Of a stretch of DNA of 64,000 nucleotides, positions 20,481-34,091 are shown piece after piece. Source of the DNA: Thermodesulfovibrionales bacterium (GTDB lineage Bacteria > Nitrospirota > Thermodesulfovibrionia > Thermodesulfovibrionales > SM23-35). The notes beneath the pieces were generated by a model. It made no database searches, was not told the DNA's origin, and saw nothing but the letters and a program-made list of their open reading frames with translations. The DNA lies in assembly GCA_963715195.1 (NCBI GenBank), contig CAVQRT010000002.1:288001-352000 (forward strand), written 5' to 3'. Both the position numbers and the translations under genes were made by a program. Position 1 is the stretch's first letter, and every line of letters starts with the position of its first letter.

Positions 20481-21407
20481 TTACTCTTTGAACAAATCAG
20501 TGCTCAGGTAACGCTCTCCGGTACTCGGCAGGATGACAACGATCTGTTTCTCTCTGTTTTCAGGCCGCTTGGCAACTGTAAGTGCTGCCCATACAGCAGC
20601 ACCTGAGGAGATTCCGCACAGGATCCCTTCCGTTTTCGCGAGAGACCGGGCCGTTTCAAAAGCATCTTCATCCCTCACGGTAACAATTTCATCAAGAATT
20701 GATGTATTGAGTACCTGCGGGATAAAACCGGCTCCGATTCCCTGGATTTTGTGAACTCCGGGATTCCCTCCCGAGAGGACCGGAGATCCGGTAGGTTCAA
20801 CGGCAACGGCTTTCACCCCGGTTTTTCTCTCTTTGATAACCTCTGCAATCCCGGTAATAGTCCCCCCGGTTCCAACACCGGATACCAGGATATCAACCCC
20901 ACCTGCAGAATCCCGCCAGATCTCCTCAGCAGTCGTTCTCCGGTGAATTTCAGGATTTGCCGGATTACTGAACTGATCAGGCATGAATGCTCCCTGTGTC
21001 TGTGAAACTATTTCTTTTGCTTTGCGAATAGCGCCGATTATTCCCTCACCTCCCGGTGTAAGAACTATTTTCGCCCCGAGGTGTTTGAGGAGCTTCCTTC
21101 GTTCGATACTCATCGTCTCCGGCATTGTCAGAATCAAACGGTATCCCCGGACAGCGCAGACGAACGCAAGGGCTATTCCTGTGTTGCCGCTTGTGGGCTC
21201 AATGACTACGGTATTCCTGTGAAGAAGTCCCTGAGCTTCCGCAGCCCTTATCATGGCAAGTCCGACGCGGTCTTTTACGCTTCCAAGGGGATTTTTTGAT
21301 TCGAGCTTGCCGAGAATCGTTGCATTGATTCCTCGGCTGACATGGTTGAATCGCACCAGAGGAGTATATCCTACAGTTTCAGTAATGTCGCGGAAGATTT
21401 TTGCCAC
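20481..21407 (-). CDS. cysK: Cysteine synthase A
   Basis: NPLGSVKDR (PLP Lys), [31 protein letters not shown]. Confidence 0.95.
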   Translation of the reverse strand: MAKIFRDITETVGYTPLVRFNHVSRGINATILGKLESKNPLGSVKDRVGLAMIRAAEAQGLLHRNTVVIEPTSGNTGIALAFVCAVRGYRLILTMPETMSIERRKLLKHLGAKIVLTPGGEGIIGAIRKAKEIVSQTQGAFMPDQFSNPANPEIHRRTTAEEIWRDSAGGVDILVSGVGTGGTITGIAEVIKERKTGVKAVAVEPTGSPVLSGGNPGVHKIQGIGAGFIPQVLNTSILDEIVTVRDEDAFETARSLAKTEGILCGISSGAAVWAALTVAKRPENREKQIVVILPSTGERYLSTDLFKE

Positions 21408-21409
21408 TC

Positions 21410-22357
21410 TTACGGTTTAAAAACCAGTTCAGGTTTTTTCAGAAAGACTTTCGTATCTGGGGGCACCGACTCCGTAATCCAGACATTCCCGCCAACTACA
21501 GACCGGGCACCGATCACAGCCTCTCCTCCTAATATCGTAACTCCGGCATAGATGATAACATCATTTTCGATGGTCGGATGGCGCTTTTGGCTCCTGAGCT
21601 TCTCAACAGTGTCTTTCGGCAGGGACAGAGCACCAAGAGTAACGCCCTGATAGATCCTCACCCGGTTGCCGATCTCTGTTGTCTCCCCGATAACAACACC
21701 GGTACCGTGATCAATAAAAAAACTCTCCCCGATGCTGGCACCGGGATGGATGTCAATTCCTGTCATGTTATGGGCATATTCTGTCATAATGCGGGGAATG
21801 AGTGAAACGCCTTGTTTGTAAAGTTCATGGGCAATCCGGTAAACCGTGATCGCAAAAAGACCGGGGTAACTGAAAATGATTTCGTCAAACCCCTTTGCTG
21901 CCGGATCGCCTTCATACGCGGCGCGTATATCTTTTGCGAGGAGCCTTCTAAGACGCGGGAGTTCCCGCATAAAATGAATCGCTATCTTCTGGCCCCGACC
22001 CTCACAGTCTATGCATACCATGTGGTGACGACGGCACTCATGCCGGATTGCAAGGGTAACCTGTTCTGAAAGTGCCTCAAACAGGTGCGTCACCTCCTGC
22101 CCGTAATAATAGAGCAAATTCACCGTGTCGATGCGGGTGCGGGAAAAGTATCCCGGGTAGAGTACCCGGCACGCCAGGTGGATGATTCCGATTATAGCCT
22201 CTTTGGAAGGCAGCGGTTCGATGTCGACATGATCGAAACAGTCTCCTGTTGTACAGGATTTAACCAGATCATCCACGATGCCCGGTATCTCTTCACGAAA
22301 CTCTTTGGTATCTTCCTTTTTAACCTTACATTGCTCAAGTTTAGATTCGTCCATCAC
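21410..22357 (-). CDS. cysE: Serine O-acetyltransferase (EpsC/CysE type)
   Basis: [40 protein letters not shown]. Confidence 0.93.
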   Translation of the reverse strand: MMDESKLEQCKVKKEDTKEFREEIPGIVDDLVKSCTTGDCFDHVDIEPLPSKEAIIGIIHLACRVLYPGYFSRTRIDTVNLLYYYGQEVTHLFEALSEQVTLAIRHECRRHHMVCIDCEGRGQKIAIHFMRELPRLRRLLAKDIRAAYEGDPAAKGFDEIIFSYPGLFAITVYRIAHELYKQGVSLIPRIMTEYAHNMTGIDIHPGASIGESFFIDHGTGVVIGETTEIGNRVRIYQGVTLGALSLPKDTVEKLRSQKRHPTIENDVIIYAGVTILGGEAVIGARSVVGGNVWITESVPPDTKVFLKKPELVFKP

Positions 22358-22526
22358 AAGTCTTACCTCACTGAGGGTCTTTCACCATGAATGGTGTTTC
22401 CGGCATGAGACACGCCGTTTCAGCTATTGTAGCGCATCCCTGCCACCGCGACAAGAGGACTGTCCAGAACAGGCGGTTTCCGTGGTATACTTTTCATCGG
22501 ATAAAAGATATAATGTGTTGTTTTGA

Positions 22527-22823
22527 ATGGAGAATTTGAGCGGGATGTTTATTCTGAATGATTTCGAAGGAACAGCGGTCGGCATCGATTTTTGCGACGG
22601 AGATTTGCAAACCGTACTCTCACTTTTAGCGGATGCAGCCCGTTTTGACGGATTTCTTATCATTGTGGACAGACAGATTAAAGGCAAAATCCAGATAAAA
22701 ATGGATGAACCATGGAACCTCATCCTTGTTGAGATATTGGCAGGTGTCAACTTCGCAACAACCGTCGTGAAAAACAGCATTATCATCTCATACGATCTTT
22801 CATGCAGCAGTCAGCCCAACTGA
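22527..22823 (+). CDS. Small protein resembling a secretin (PilQ) N-terminal STN/N0 domain
   Basis: IDFCDGDLQTVLSLLAD..IIVDRQIKGKI..PWNLILVEIL. Confidence 0.55.
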   Translation: MENLSGMFILNDFEGTAVGIDFCDGDLQTVLSLLADAARFDGFLIIVDRQIKGKIQIKMDEPWNLILVEILAGVNFATTVVKNSIIISYDLSCSSQPN

Positions 22824-23016
22824 TCAGCTCCGGACAATGAATAACTTTCACGGTTTTTTCATATTTTCTTCATCATTTCTTCATAAGTTTCAGATACTAT
22901 AAAACCAAGTAAGGTGCAAAACAGCATACCATTTGTGCTATTCTGATTGATGCACCAACCCTCCTGGCAGCCAGATTCCCCCTCTGGCTGCCTTTACTTC
23001 ATTTCCTGTAAGTATG

Positions 23017-23613
23017 CTATTGAAGCAGGGTGTTGCTCTGCAGTTCAGCAATTATTACCGGCACAAACGAACGGATAACCACTTCAGCAGAACCTTCAAA
23101 AATTGTTTCCGTAACCGCTGACCATATCAGCCTGTCCTTTTTTGCATCAAAAATCCTTGTCTCGATCACTACATTGCGCCCGATTGAAACGATCTGGCAG
23201 CATTGGAGATAATAACCATAAGATCCGCTTCCCTGTCCGGTTACTGCCGGATAAGTCTCATATATCCCCGTATCAGCAACATCTTTCAGTGTCGCGATAA
23301 GGAGAGCATCTGCCTGCAATTCGCTCACTTTCGATGCAAAAATCCGCTTGTCAAGCATTTCCTCTTCCGTAAAAATGCGATAGCTCCGAATCGCCTCTGC
23401 TCCACCTGCATTGAGCTGTTCACCAAATTCGTCCTCCAAAAGCTTCCTCACGGCATCACTCCGGTCGACACCGACAATGAGGATCTTTTGCAGATGGCCT
23501 CCGCGATACGCATCATCCTTCCATACCTGTTTCAGTGTTGTCGGAGCGCACGCAGTAAGCACCGGCAGCAGTATAAAAATAAAAAGCTTGATACAGGATC
23601 CTTTCCATGCCAT
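23017..23613 (-). CDS. Hypothetical lipoprotein
   Basis: Hydrophobic signal peptide with lipobox LTAC; IETRIFD..LIWSA. Confidence 0.7.
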   Translation of the reverse strand: MAWKGSCIKLFIFILLPVLTACAPTTLKQVWKDDAYRGGHLQKILIVGVDRSDAVRKLLEDEFGEQLNAGGAEAIRSYRIFTEEEMLDKRIFASKVSELQADALLIATLKDVADTGIYETYPAVTGQGSGSYGYYLQCCQIVSIGRNVVIETRIFDAKKDRLIWSAVTETIFEGSAEVVIRSFVPVIIAELQSNTLLQ

Positions 23614-23763
23614 TTCCTTACCCTCCCCACTATGCTTTGTTTTCCTATAATACCCGAATCCTGTGAGAACCAACCGGTTCGGCACACACAATGCTCTTTC
23701 ATTATAATTTTTTTTGCTCCATACTAATTGACTTTGTGAGGTGCATCCGGTAAAGTTTTATCG

Positions 23764-25069
23764 ATGTCCAAACAGGTTAAATCGGCCAAGCCTCCGATCA
23801 TCGAAGAAATTCGGGCCAAATTGCGCCTCCTGAATCTTAGTAGCGGCCTTTGTCATCTTTACCCTTCTCGCCGTTATCCTCAGATATCTTTTCAAACCAT
23901 TGAACGAGGTGCTCGATTTCCTCCCGGATATTTCCATTACGCTCATAATCGTCATCATCCTGATCCTTACCATCGCCGGGTTTATCGTGTGGCGTTCAGT
24001 CTCAAAAAAAATTATACAGAGCATAGAAAAATACCGGGCGAGGCTGGACACAATTTTCGCCGTGACGAAGGACATGCGTGAAGAGCTTTATGGTGACATC
24101 CTGCTGGACAAAATAATATCCCATGGCATTTCCCTTACTCAGTCTGAAGCAGGGTTTGTTCTGCTGAAACAGGATGGCAATTTCGTCTTCAGGATCGTTA
24201 AAGGTCCGGCACGGGATATCCTGATGGGAACGCCGCTGCCGAACGGCAGAGGAATTGCCGGATGGGTGCTGAAAACTGGCAAATCTCTGAATATATCAAA
24301 CGTGATGACCGATAAACGGTTTGATGCTGCAGTTGATGCCCTTTCCGGTGATCAGACGGCATCCGTTCTCTCGATGCCTTTATCAACAAAGAACGGCATT
24401 ATCGGCGTCATAGAACTGAGCCGTCGGGGAGGTGCTTATGATGACAAAGATGCTGAGTTGATCGGCTACCTGGGGGACCAGGCAGCAAGCTCCCTTGTAC
24501 AGGCACAGTTCCATGAAGACCAGAAAAACTATGAAATCCATATCACGGATATTCTCCTGAAGGCCATTGATGCGCACATCCCGGAGAAACGGGGGCATTC
24601 GCACAGAGTGGCGAAGTACAGCAACATAATCGCAAAGGCCATCAATATGCCCGAGGAACAGAAAAAACATCTATATCTGGCAAGCCTGCTCCACGATCTT
24701 GGGTTTCTCCGTATAAAGGCTGAGGAAATGCTCACCCGTGAAGACTGTATCAAGCATTCTGTCATCGGGTACGAAATGATACGGCCGATCAACTTTTATG
24801 CGGATATCGCGCCCTTCATCCTCCACCATCATGAACGTTATGATGGTGGAGGATATCCGGCAAAACTTCAGGGAACGGCAATTCCTCTTGAATCAAGAAT
24901 AATAAGCATTGCCGAAGCATTTGATGCCATGACAAGCGGATCCTACTACAAGACGCCCATCAAAGCGGAAGAGGCGGTCAGGGAACTGGAGGAAAATGCC
25001 GGGACGCAGTTTGACCCCGCACTTGTTCAGACCTTCGTCAAAAATATCCGCATAGATCATCCTCAGTAG
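23764..25069 (+). CDS. Membrane-anchored GAF + HD-GYP phosphodiesterase; N-terminus frameshifted at ~23833
   Basis: GIAGWV GAF domain, GHSHRVA, LLHDLG, HHHERYDGGGYP; the frame upstream of 23900 continues as TM helix ILVAAFVIFTLLAVIL. Confidence 0.85.
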
Positions 25070-25105
25070 TATCCCGGCAATCCTTTCCTGACAGAGGCGG
25101 CCGGA

Positions 25106-25729
25106 TCAGATGAGGCCCAGCATGACCAGACCATTCTTAACAAACAGAACCGCAAAGATTGCCAGAATGACCCCGGTTGCTCTGATGACATACAGGTATG
25201 TCCTGCTTTTCAGAAATTTCTTTGATCTGTTGACAAGAAGCGCAATCAGAATTTTCGAACCAATAAGGAGAATATAGAATCCGGCTATGAATGACAGGGC
25301 GGAAAACTTGCCGGTCCGGCAGGCTTTCAGGATGATGGGAGAACCAATTGTTAACCAGAAGAGGTAAGGATGGGGACTCAGGAAATTTGTTATCACCCCT
25401 TTGCGGAGAGACTGCGGCTTCACGGAACGAAGACGAGGATGCACGTCCCGTATCATGATGTTCCGGTAGGCAAGAGAGGCGAGGAATGATGATCCCGCAA
25501 GGGAGATGAGCCCCAGAAGAAAATCAGAGTGCGAGATTCCTGAGAGGATGAACACACTTGCCCCAATGATCGGCACATCAGTCAGTACCGGCGCAACCGA
25601 TACCAGAACTCCTTCCTTCCTGCTGTGTATGAGGGTTTCTGATATGACAAGGGCAAGAAGAGGCCCGGGGGAAATCCCCGCAGCGAATCCCAGCAGAATA
25701 CCCGAAACAAAATAGTGCATTGATTCCAT
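25106..25729 (-). CDS. LysE-family translocator
   Basis: GISPGP, GVITNFLSPHPYLFW, ~6 TM. Confidence 0.85.
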   Translation of the reverse strand: MESMHYFVSGILLGFAAGISPGPLLALVISETLIHSRKEGVLVSVAPVLTDVPIIGASVFILSGISHSDFLLGLISLAGSSFLASLAYRNIMIRDVHPRLRSVKPQSLRKGVITNFLSPHPYLFWLTIGSPIILKACRTGKFSALSFIAGFYILLIGSKILIALLVNRSKKFLKSRTYLYVIRATGVILAIFAVLFVKNGLVMLGLI

Positions 25730-25742
25730 CAGGCCCAGATTC

Positions 25743-25772
25743 TTGACACCCGAAAACGCAAAAGTGTAAAGT
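25743..25772 (+). promoter_or_regulatory. Putative sigma-70 promoter of tRNA-Phe
   Basis: TTGACA-N18-TAAAGT, 9 nt before the tRNA. Confidence 0.6.
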
Positions 25773-25781
25773 TAAGTTTGT

Positions 25782-25857
25782 GGGCAGTTAGCTCAGTCGG
25801 TAGAGCAGAGGCCTGAAAAGCCTCGTGTCCGCAGTTCGATTCTGCGACTGCCCACCA
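25782..25857 (+). tRNA. tRNA-Phe (GAA)
   Basis: Cloverleaf: GGGCAGT/ACTGCCC acceptor, GCTC/GAGC D-stem, GAGGC-CTGAAAA-GCCTC anticodon arm, TTCGA T-loop, encoded CCA. Confidence 0.97.
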
Positions 25858-26069
25858 TCCCGTTGTCAACATCCGCTCACCATGTCTTGCCATTCCGGAT
25901 ATTATCTGCCCAGATACCGGATAAACGTTTATCGTATGTGAAGAAAATAATGACACAGTTGGAAGAGAAATCATTCTACAATCAGTTTTTATTCAATAGG
26001 AAGACATCGTGTTCATAATTATAATAAATTCACTTTTTTCTTGACAAAACAATTAAATTTCGCCGAAAA

Positions 26070-27341
26070 TTGACAGGTATGATCAGGCACATACCGTACA
26101 TTATACACATACTCATACTCGTCTCTTCCTTCCCTCTTTATGCATCTGAAGTCATTCCCAAAGCACAAATCTCTCAGCCTGCAGTTTCCGATTTTACCCA
26201 AGATGAAATCAGGAGTAGTCCGGAAATTGTCGAAGAATATCTTGGCAATCAACTCGCTGCCGCTGCTGTCAGCAAGCAGATAACCCTTTATACAGTAAAA
26301 ATCCGCGAGAAATTCTCTCTGTGGCTCAGCAGGTCGGGTAAATATCTTGAACTGATGAAAGGGATATTGAAAGAAAGGGATATCCCGGAAGATATGGTCT
26401 TCCTGCCTCTGATCGAGAGCGGATTCAATCCGAATGCATACTCGCCTGCAAAGGCAGCGGGATACTGGCAGTTTATCGCGTCGACGGCAAAGCGGTACGG
26501 ACTTCAAATCAACTGGTGGCGCGATGAACGGAGAGACCCGGTTAAATCTACAGTGGCTGCAGCAAACTATCTCAAAGACCTCTACGAAATCTTCGGATCG
26601 TGGAATCTGGCCATGGCTGCGTATAACGCGGGGGAAGGCAAGATAATAAGGGCTCTGAAAAGGACAAAGGCTGATGATTACTGGTCATTGTTGCCGACCA
26701 ACCAGATCAAAAGAGAAACAAAGGACTATGTTCCGAAGTTTATAGCTGCGAGTCTGATCGCGTACAGTCCGGAAGATTATGGGTTTGATAATCTTGAATT
26801 CCATCCGCCGCTTAGTTATGAGACTGCGACCTTGAATTTCCCTGTCGATCTTGACGTTGCCGCAGACTGTGCGGAAACATCCCTTGATATAATCAGGGGA
26901 TTGAATCCGGAACTGAAGAGATGGTGTACACCTCCCGACCTTAGGGAATATCCCCTCAGGATCCCGGAAGGGAAAAAGGAAATCTTTTTCGAAAACCTCT
27001 CCCGGGTTCCCGAAAATGAGCGTTTTACCGTTGATGTATATACTGCGAAGAAAAGGGATACCTTTAAAAGCATTTCGAAGAAGACCGGCGTTCCTGTGGC
27101 AGTTATTCTTGATTTGAATGACATGGAGAAGATCATGCCCCTTTCGGCCGGAACGAAAATCTATCTCCCGCCAAAGGGAAAATTTGTTCAGGACAGGCAG
27201 GAACGTGCAATCGTCAAAAAAGTATCTCTGAAAAAGAAGAAATCTGGCGTGAGGGGCAAACGCGCCAAATCGAAGAAGCCCGTTGCGAAGACATCATATA
27301 AGCAGAAACGGGCACCGAAGACCAGCCTGAAAAAGATTTAG
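26070..27341 (+). CDS. MltD-like lytic transglycosylase with LysM domain and basic tail
   Basis: LIESGFNP, AAGYWQFI, AAYNAGEG, ETKDYVPK; LysM DTFKSISKKTGV. Confidence 0.88.
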   Translation: MTGMIRHIPYIIHILILVSSFPLYASEVIPKAQISQPAVSDFTQDEIRSSPEIVEEYLGNQLAAAAVSKQITLYTVKIREKFSLWLSRSGKYLELMKGILKERDIPEDMVFLPLIESGFNPNAYSPAKAAGYWQFIASTAKRYGLQINWWRDERRDPVKSTVAAANYLKDLYEIFGSWNLAMAAYNAGEGKIIRALKRTKADDYWSLLPTNQIKRETKDYVPKFIAASLIAYSPEDYGFDNLEFHPPLSYETATLNFPVDLDVAADCAETSLDIIRGLNPELKRWCTPPDLREYPLRIPEGKKEIFFENLSRVPENERFTVDVYTAKKRDTFKSISKKTGVPVAVILDLNDMEKIMPLSAGTKIYLPPKGKFVQDRQERAIVKKVSLKKKKSGVRGKRAKSKKPVAKTSYKQKRAPKTSLKKI

Positions 27342-28039
27342 CCTTCTTTTTTCTCTGACACTTTCAACTGCGCCTCATCTTTGAAAGGAGAGGTGGGAAA
27401 TCTTGTGATCAGTTCCTCATATTTTTTTCTGGCTTCATCAGACTTTCCTTCCTCTTCCAGAAGTTTGCCATATTCCATGAGAGCAAAATCTTTGTAAATA
27501 TCACCTTTCAAATTGTAGAGGGCATCGAGCGTCTTTTTTGCCTCGCCCGTATCGCCTTTCCGCATGTAAATCGTCGCCATTTTCCGGTAAGCGAGCGGCA
27601 GGAATTGTTCTTCGCCTGAATACTTCCGGGAAAAATCTTTCAGGGTTTTCAGTGCCTCGTCATATTTGCCGAGTTCATAGGAGCAGGCAGCAATATAATA
27701 GAGCGAAATGGGTGATTTTTTCGTTTCATACGCTTTCTTGAATACATCCAGGGCTTTTCTGTATTGATCTTCCCTGGTATCCGTCTGTTGAGAGCCTCTG
27801 CTGTAGTAAATCCTGTAGGCTTCGTACTCGAGCTTCTTTGCCCTGGACTCAGCAGTATACGAATAAACCAGCAAACTTATGACAACCGCAATGAGAACCA
27901 CGATACCAATACCGATTTTCAGAGCAAGACCCTGCCGCTGCTGAAAGGCGTCCTTCAGGGTCGAAAGTTTTTCCTGTACTTCTTCCTCAGGTGTATCACT
28001 TTTTTTCGGTATTCTTTTTTTGATTGCCTTGGGCATCAA
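27338..28039 (-). CDS. Membrane-anchored TPR protein (YfgM-like)
   Basis: Single N-terminal TM followed by TPR helices. Confidence 0.75.
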   Translation of the reverse strand: MMPKAIKKRIPKKSDTPEEEVQEKLSTLKDAFQQRQGLALKIGIGIVVLIAVVISLLVYSYTAESRAKKLEYEAYRIYYSRGSQQTDTREDQYRKALDVFKKAYETKKSPISLYYIAACSYELGKYDEALKTLKDFSRKYSGEEQFLPLAYRKMATIYMRKGDTGEAKKTLDALYNLKGDIYKDFALMEYGKLLEEEGKSDEARKKYEELITRFPTSPFKDEAQLKVSEKKEG

Positions 28040-28692
28040 TTCCTCCCGTGAATTTTTTCTGTGAGCGCCTGTGCATGATTAAATATGGTTTCGATGCGGT
28101 TCGGTTCTATTCCTGCAGCAAGGAGTATTTTTCTTGCCAGGTCCCGCGTGATCAAATCTGACGGGCTGTGTGCATCAGTATTTATGCAGAGCGGAACACC
28201 AAATCGTATTGCTTCTTTTGCCACATAGCCGTTCGATAATGAATGCCCCTTGCGGGCTGTTATCTCGAGCGTCACTCCTTTCTCCTTTGCAAAGAGAAGA
28301 TCATGCTCTGAGATCAGGCCCGGATGTGCAAGGATATCGGCCTCCGCTTCAATAGCTGCCCTGTTCGTTCCGGGTGCAACCGGCTCGACGATCGTCTCCC
28401 CGTGCACGATAACAATTTTAGCGCCTAAGTACCGTGCCTCTTTCACGATGTCGGGGATCATCTGCGGCGGGACGTGGGTTATCTCAGCGCCGGGGATAGC
28501 ATCGATTGAAATATAGTTCTTCATTTTTTCGACCGCCTTGGCAACCCGCGGAACCACAAAATCAATATTCGACGAATCCACGTGGTCCGTAATCGCGATC
28601 GCCTTATAGCCGATTGCCATAGCCCGCCTGATTAGCTCCGAAGGCACAAGCTCACCGTCGCTGAAAAAGCTGTGTGTGTGAAGATCAATCAT
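28036..28692 (-). CDS. PHP-domain phosphoesterase (histidinol-phosphatase-like)
   Basis: DLHTHS..SDG, ITDH, LAHPG, NTDAH. Confidence 0.85.
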   Translation of the reverse strand: MIDLHTHSFFSDGELVPSELIRRAMAIGYKAIAITDHVDSSNIDFVVPRVAKAVEKMKNYISIDAIPGAEITHVPPQMIPDIVKEARYLGAKIVIVHGETIVEPVAPGTNRAAIEAEADILAHPGLISEHDLLFAKEKGVTLEITARKGHSLSNGYVAKEAIRFGVPLCINTDAHSPSDLITRDLARKILLAAGIEPNRIETIFNHAQALTEKIHGRN

Positions 28693-28750
28693 GGTTCTGA
28701 GTGGATTATTGTATCAGAATAATTATTCTTTTTGCACGACCACCGGCTCT

Positions 28751-29482
28751 TCACAGCAATGGTGCCCGGGCGAGGGCGAGCACGGCAACGTCTTTTGCAC
28801 CTGCCTTCATGAGCATTTTCGAACACTCTCGCACAGTTGCCCCGGTAGTAATTACATCATCAATGAGCAGGAAACTAAGCTTCCTGATATCGCCGCGGAC
28901 CTGGAATGCATTCCTGAGATTAACGAGGCGCTCCCTGGCAGATAGTCCTATCTGGGGAGGCGTGTCTTTTGTTTTGACGAGAGCATCAAGGGACAGGTGC
29001 ATTCCTGTATGCTTTGCAATGACCTGTGCAATTAAGAGGGACTGATTGAACCCTCTCTTGATCAGGCCTTTCTTGCTCAACGGAACAGGAACAATCACCT
29101 CTGCACGGGGGATGTCAAGGCGGAGCAGCAAAGTAGCCAGCGGTTTGGAGAGTCGTCTCACTCCATGAAATTTGAACAGATGAATTGCCTCTGCGAGAAC
29201 TCCTTCATACAAACCGTATGGGGTGATCCGAGAGAATGGGGGTGGTTTTTGCATGCATTGCCCGCATATCCTCGTGTACTCTGAAGAAACCGGCAGCGCG
29301 CATGTTGCGCAGGACGGACCTGAGTACCTCTGGATATGGGACCAGCAGGCGCTGCATATCGGAGAATGAGCCCATTGATCAGATGGATCTGAACAAACAG
29401 GGCACCGCGAAGGATAGAGAATATTCAGCAGTCTGGAGATTAAGGCATGTCTGTGATAAGCAGTGTTCCGCATCTGCCGCAC
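28751..29482 (-). CDS. ComF-family phosphoribosyltransferase-like protein (start uncertain)
   Basis: N-terminal CxxC double zinc ribbon, RGFNQS, LIDDVITTGAT. Confidence 0.88.
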   Translation of the reverse strand: MRQMRNTAYHRHALISRLLNILYPSRCPVCSDPSDQWAHSPICSACWSHIQRYSGPSCATCALPVSSEYTRICGQCMQKPPPFSRITPYGLYEGVLAEAIHLFKFHGVRRLSKPLATLLLRLDIPRAEVIVPVPLSKKGLIKRGFNQSLLIAQVIAKHTGMHLSLDALVKTKDTPPQIGLSARERLVNLRNAFQVRGDIRKLSFLLIDDVITTGATVRECSKMLMKAGAKDVAVLALARAPLL

Positions 29483-29927
29483 TTGGGCTCCCGGGAGAGC
29501 TTTTCAGAAGATACTTTATTTTTTGTTCCGCACCCGGCGCAGGCGATAATCTGAAAATCTTGCATGGCCTCTGCGGCAGGCAGTTCTTTCGTGTCGATTC
29601 CCTGCTCATGGAGAACTGTCTTGACGAACTGTATATACGTCTCATCCCATTCAGTCAGCTCAATACCCATGCCGTTTTTCGCGGGCGTTACCGGCGCCTT
29701 TACAGTTCTTCTCACAATCCCCCTGAGAGATGATATTTTATTCCCGGGCATCATAACTTGAACATTTACAGCGGTGCCTGGAGCGAACCCGCGATTTGTC
29801 CTGATAAACAAACCATTCGCTGACAGGTTGCTTAAAATACCCTTATAACTCAAACCTCCTGAACTGAACGTTATCTCAAGCCTCCTGGTGAATCTCGGAT
29901 GCCTTTGATATCCTCTTGTGCGCGCCA

Positions 29928-29928
<1 letters not shown>
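29440..29928 (-). CDS. PilZ domain protein with C-terminal zinc ribbon
   Basis: QRHPRF (RxxxR), NLSANG (D/NxSxxG), C-terminal CAGC...CGRC. Confidence 0.8.
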
Positions 29929-32805
<2,877 letters not shown>

Positions 32806-32814
32806 TGTGCCTCC

Positions 32815-33954
32815 CTAATCCATGAGCAGTTCCTGTGCAACAGCTACTCCTGTTCCGAGTTTCACTGGGTACCCCATCCCCTTGAGCACCATCTCAATCC
32901 CTGCAATCGCCGTTATGACATCGAATCTGTCCGCATAGCCAAGATGTGCAATCCTGAAGATCTTGCCTCTTGCCCTGTCCTGTCCGCCGGCTGCGGTGAT
33001 CCCGTACTTCTCCCGGAGGTTTTTATATACTGCCTGTCCGTCTATGCGGGCAGGTGCCATGATAGCCGTTACCGAATTGGAAGGAGACTCTTTCGGATAG
33101 AGATCCAATCCAAGGGCCTGCACGGCCATTCTCGTTGCATGGGCAAGCCGGCCATGTCGTTTGAAAACATTCTCTAGGCCTTCTGTCTGCAACATCTTCA
33201 AGCCTGTATTGAGTCCGATAATGAGGGTTACCGGGGACGTAAAATTCGTCTGGTTCTTCGCGAGATTTTCCCGTTCCTTCCTGAAGTTAAAGTAGAATTT
33301 CGGCATCTTTGAGGTTTCCGCTTTCTTCCACGCCTTCTCACTCACACTGACAAAAGCGATTCCCGGCGGAAGCATGACACCTTTCTGAGAGCCTCCCACC
33401 ATGACGTCTATTCCCCATTCGTCGGTTCTGAGATCATGTGCAACAAGGGCACTGATGGCATCGACGATAAAGAGCACATCATGATATTTCCTGACAACCG
33501 AGGAAAGCGCTTGAATATCATGATAAACGCCTGTCGAGGTTTCAGATGCCTGGACAAAAACTCCCCTGATATTGGGGTTCTTATTGAGCCGTTCCTCTAC
33601 CTCTTCAGGCTTGACCGCATACCCCCATTCAATGAGGATCTCATCAACCTTCAGCCCGTAAGCCTCACAAATCTGCGTCCATCGTTCCCCGAATTTACCG
33701 CCGTTTATAACGAGGACCTCATCTCCCTGATTGAAAAAGTTATTCACGGCACCTACCATGCCACCGGTACCCGTCGAGCTCAGAATAAGCACATCATTTT
33801 TTGTCTGGTAAAGCCACTGGAGACCTTTCTTTGCAGAGTCGAGCACGGGAAGAAAATCCGGGGAACGGTGATGGATGATCGGTGCAGCCATCGACAGTAA
33901 TATTTCCGCCGGCACCGGCGTCGGACCAGGTGCCAGGAGATAGCGTTTCAGCAT
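32815..33954 (-). CDS. Class V PLP aminotransferase (serine-pyruvate/alanine-glyoxylate type; likely SerC function)
   Basis: PGPTPV, ETSTGV, VDAIS, GSQKG, FRIAHLG; upstream of serA. Confidence 0.88.
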   Translation of the reverse strand: MLKRYLLAPGPTPVPAEILLSMAAPIIHHRSPDFLPVLDSAKKGLQWLYQTKNDVLILSSTGTGGMVGAVNNFFNQGDEVLVINGGKFGERWTQICEAYGLKVDEILIEWGYAVKPEEVEERLNKNPNIRGVFVQASETSTGVYHDIQALSSVVRKYHDVLFIVDAISALVAHDLRTDEWGIDVMVGGSQKGVMLPPGIAFVSVSEKAWKKAETSKMPKFYFNFRKERENLAKNQTNFTSPVTLIIGLNTGLKMLQTEGLENVFKRHGRLAHATRMAVQALGLDLYPKESPSNSVTAIMAPARIDGQAVYKNLREKYGITAAGGQDRARGKIFRIAHLGYADRFDVITAIAGIEMVLKGMGYPVKLGTGVAVAQELLMD

Positions 33955-34091
33955 GGAATATCCTCCCTGAAGAGTATTTGTTTTTTACATTATAAAGATA
34001 AGCCGGACTTTGGAAATTAGCACAATGCAGGGTATTTGGTCAAGGCCGGCCACTTTACAAGTCATTAATATCGTTATTATAATGAGTTATT

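Noticed and set aside
22915..22932. Second sigma-54-like motif TGGTATGCTGTTTTGC (minus strand, upstream of cysE)
   Set aside because: The GG-to-GC spacing is one base too long.
25729..25974. 81-aa minus-strand ORF
   Set aside because: It is the antisense of tRNA-Phe.
25782..26070. tRNA-Phe as an integration site
   Set aside because: No integrase is present and I found no duplicated tRNA 3' end by eye.
26499..26510. GGACTTCAAATC resembling the tRNA-Sec anticodon arm
   Set aside because: It lies inside the lytic transglycosylase CDS with no surrounding cloverleaf. I saw no selC or selD in the window.
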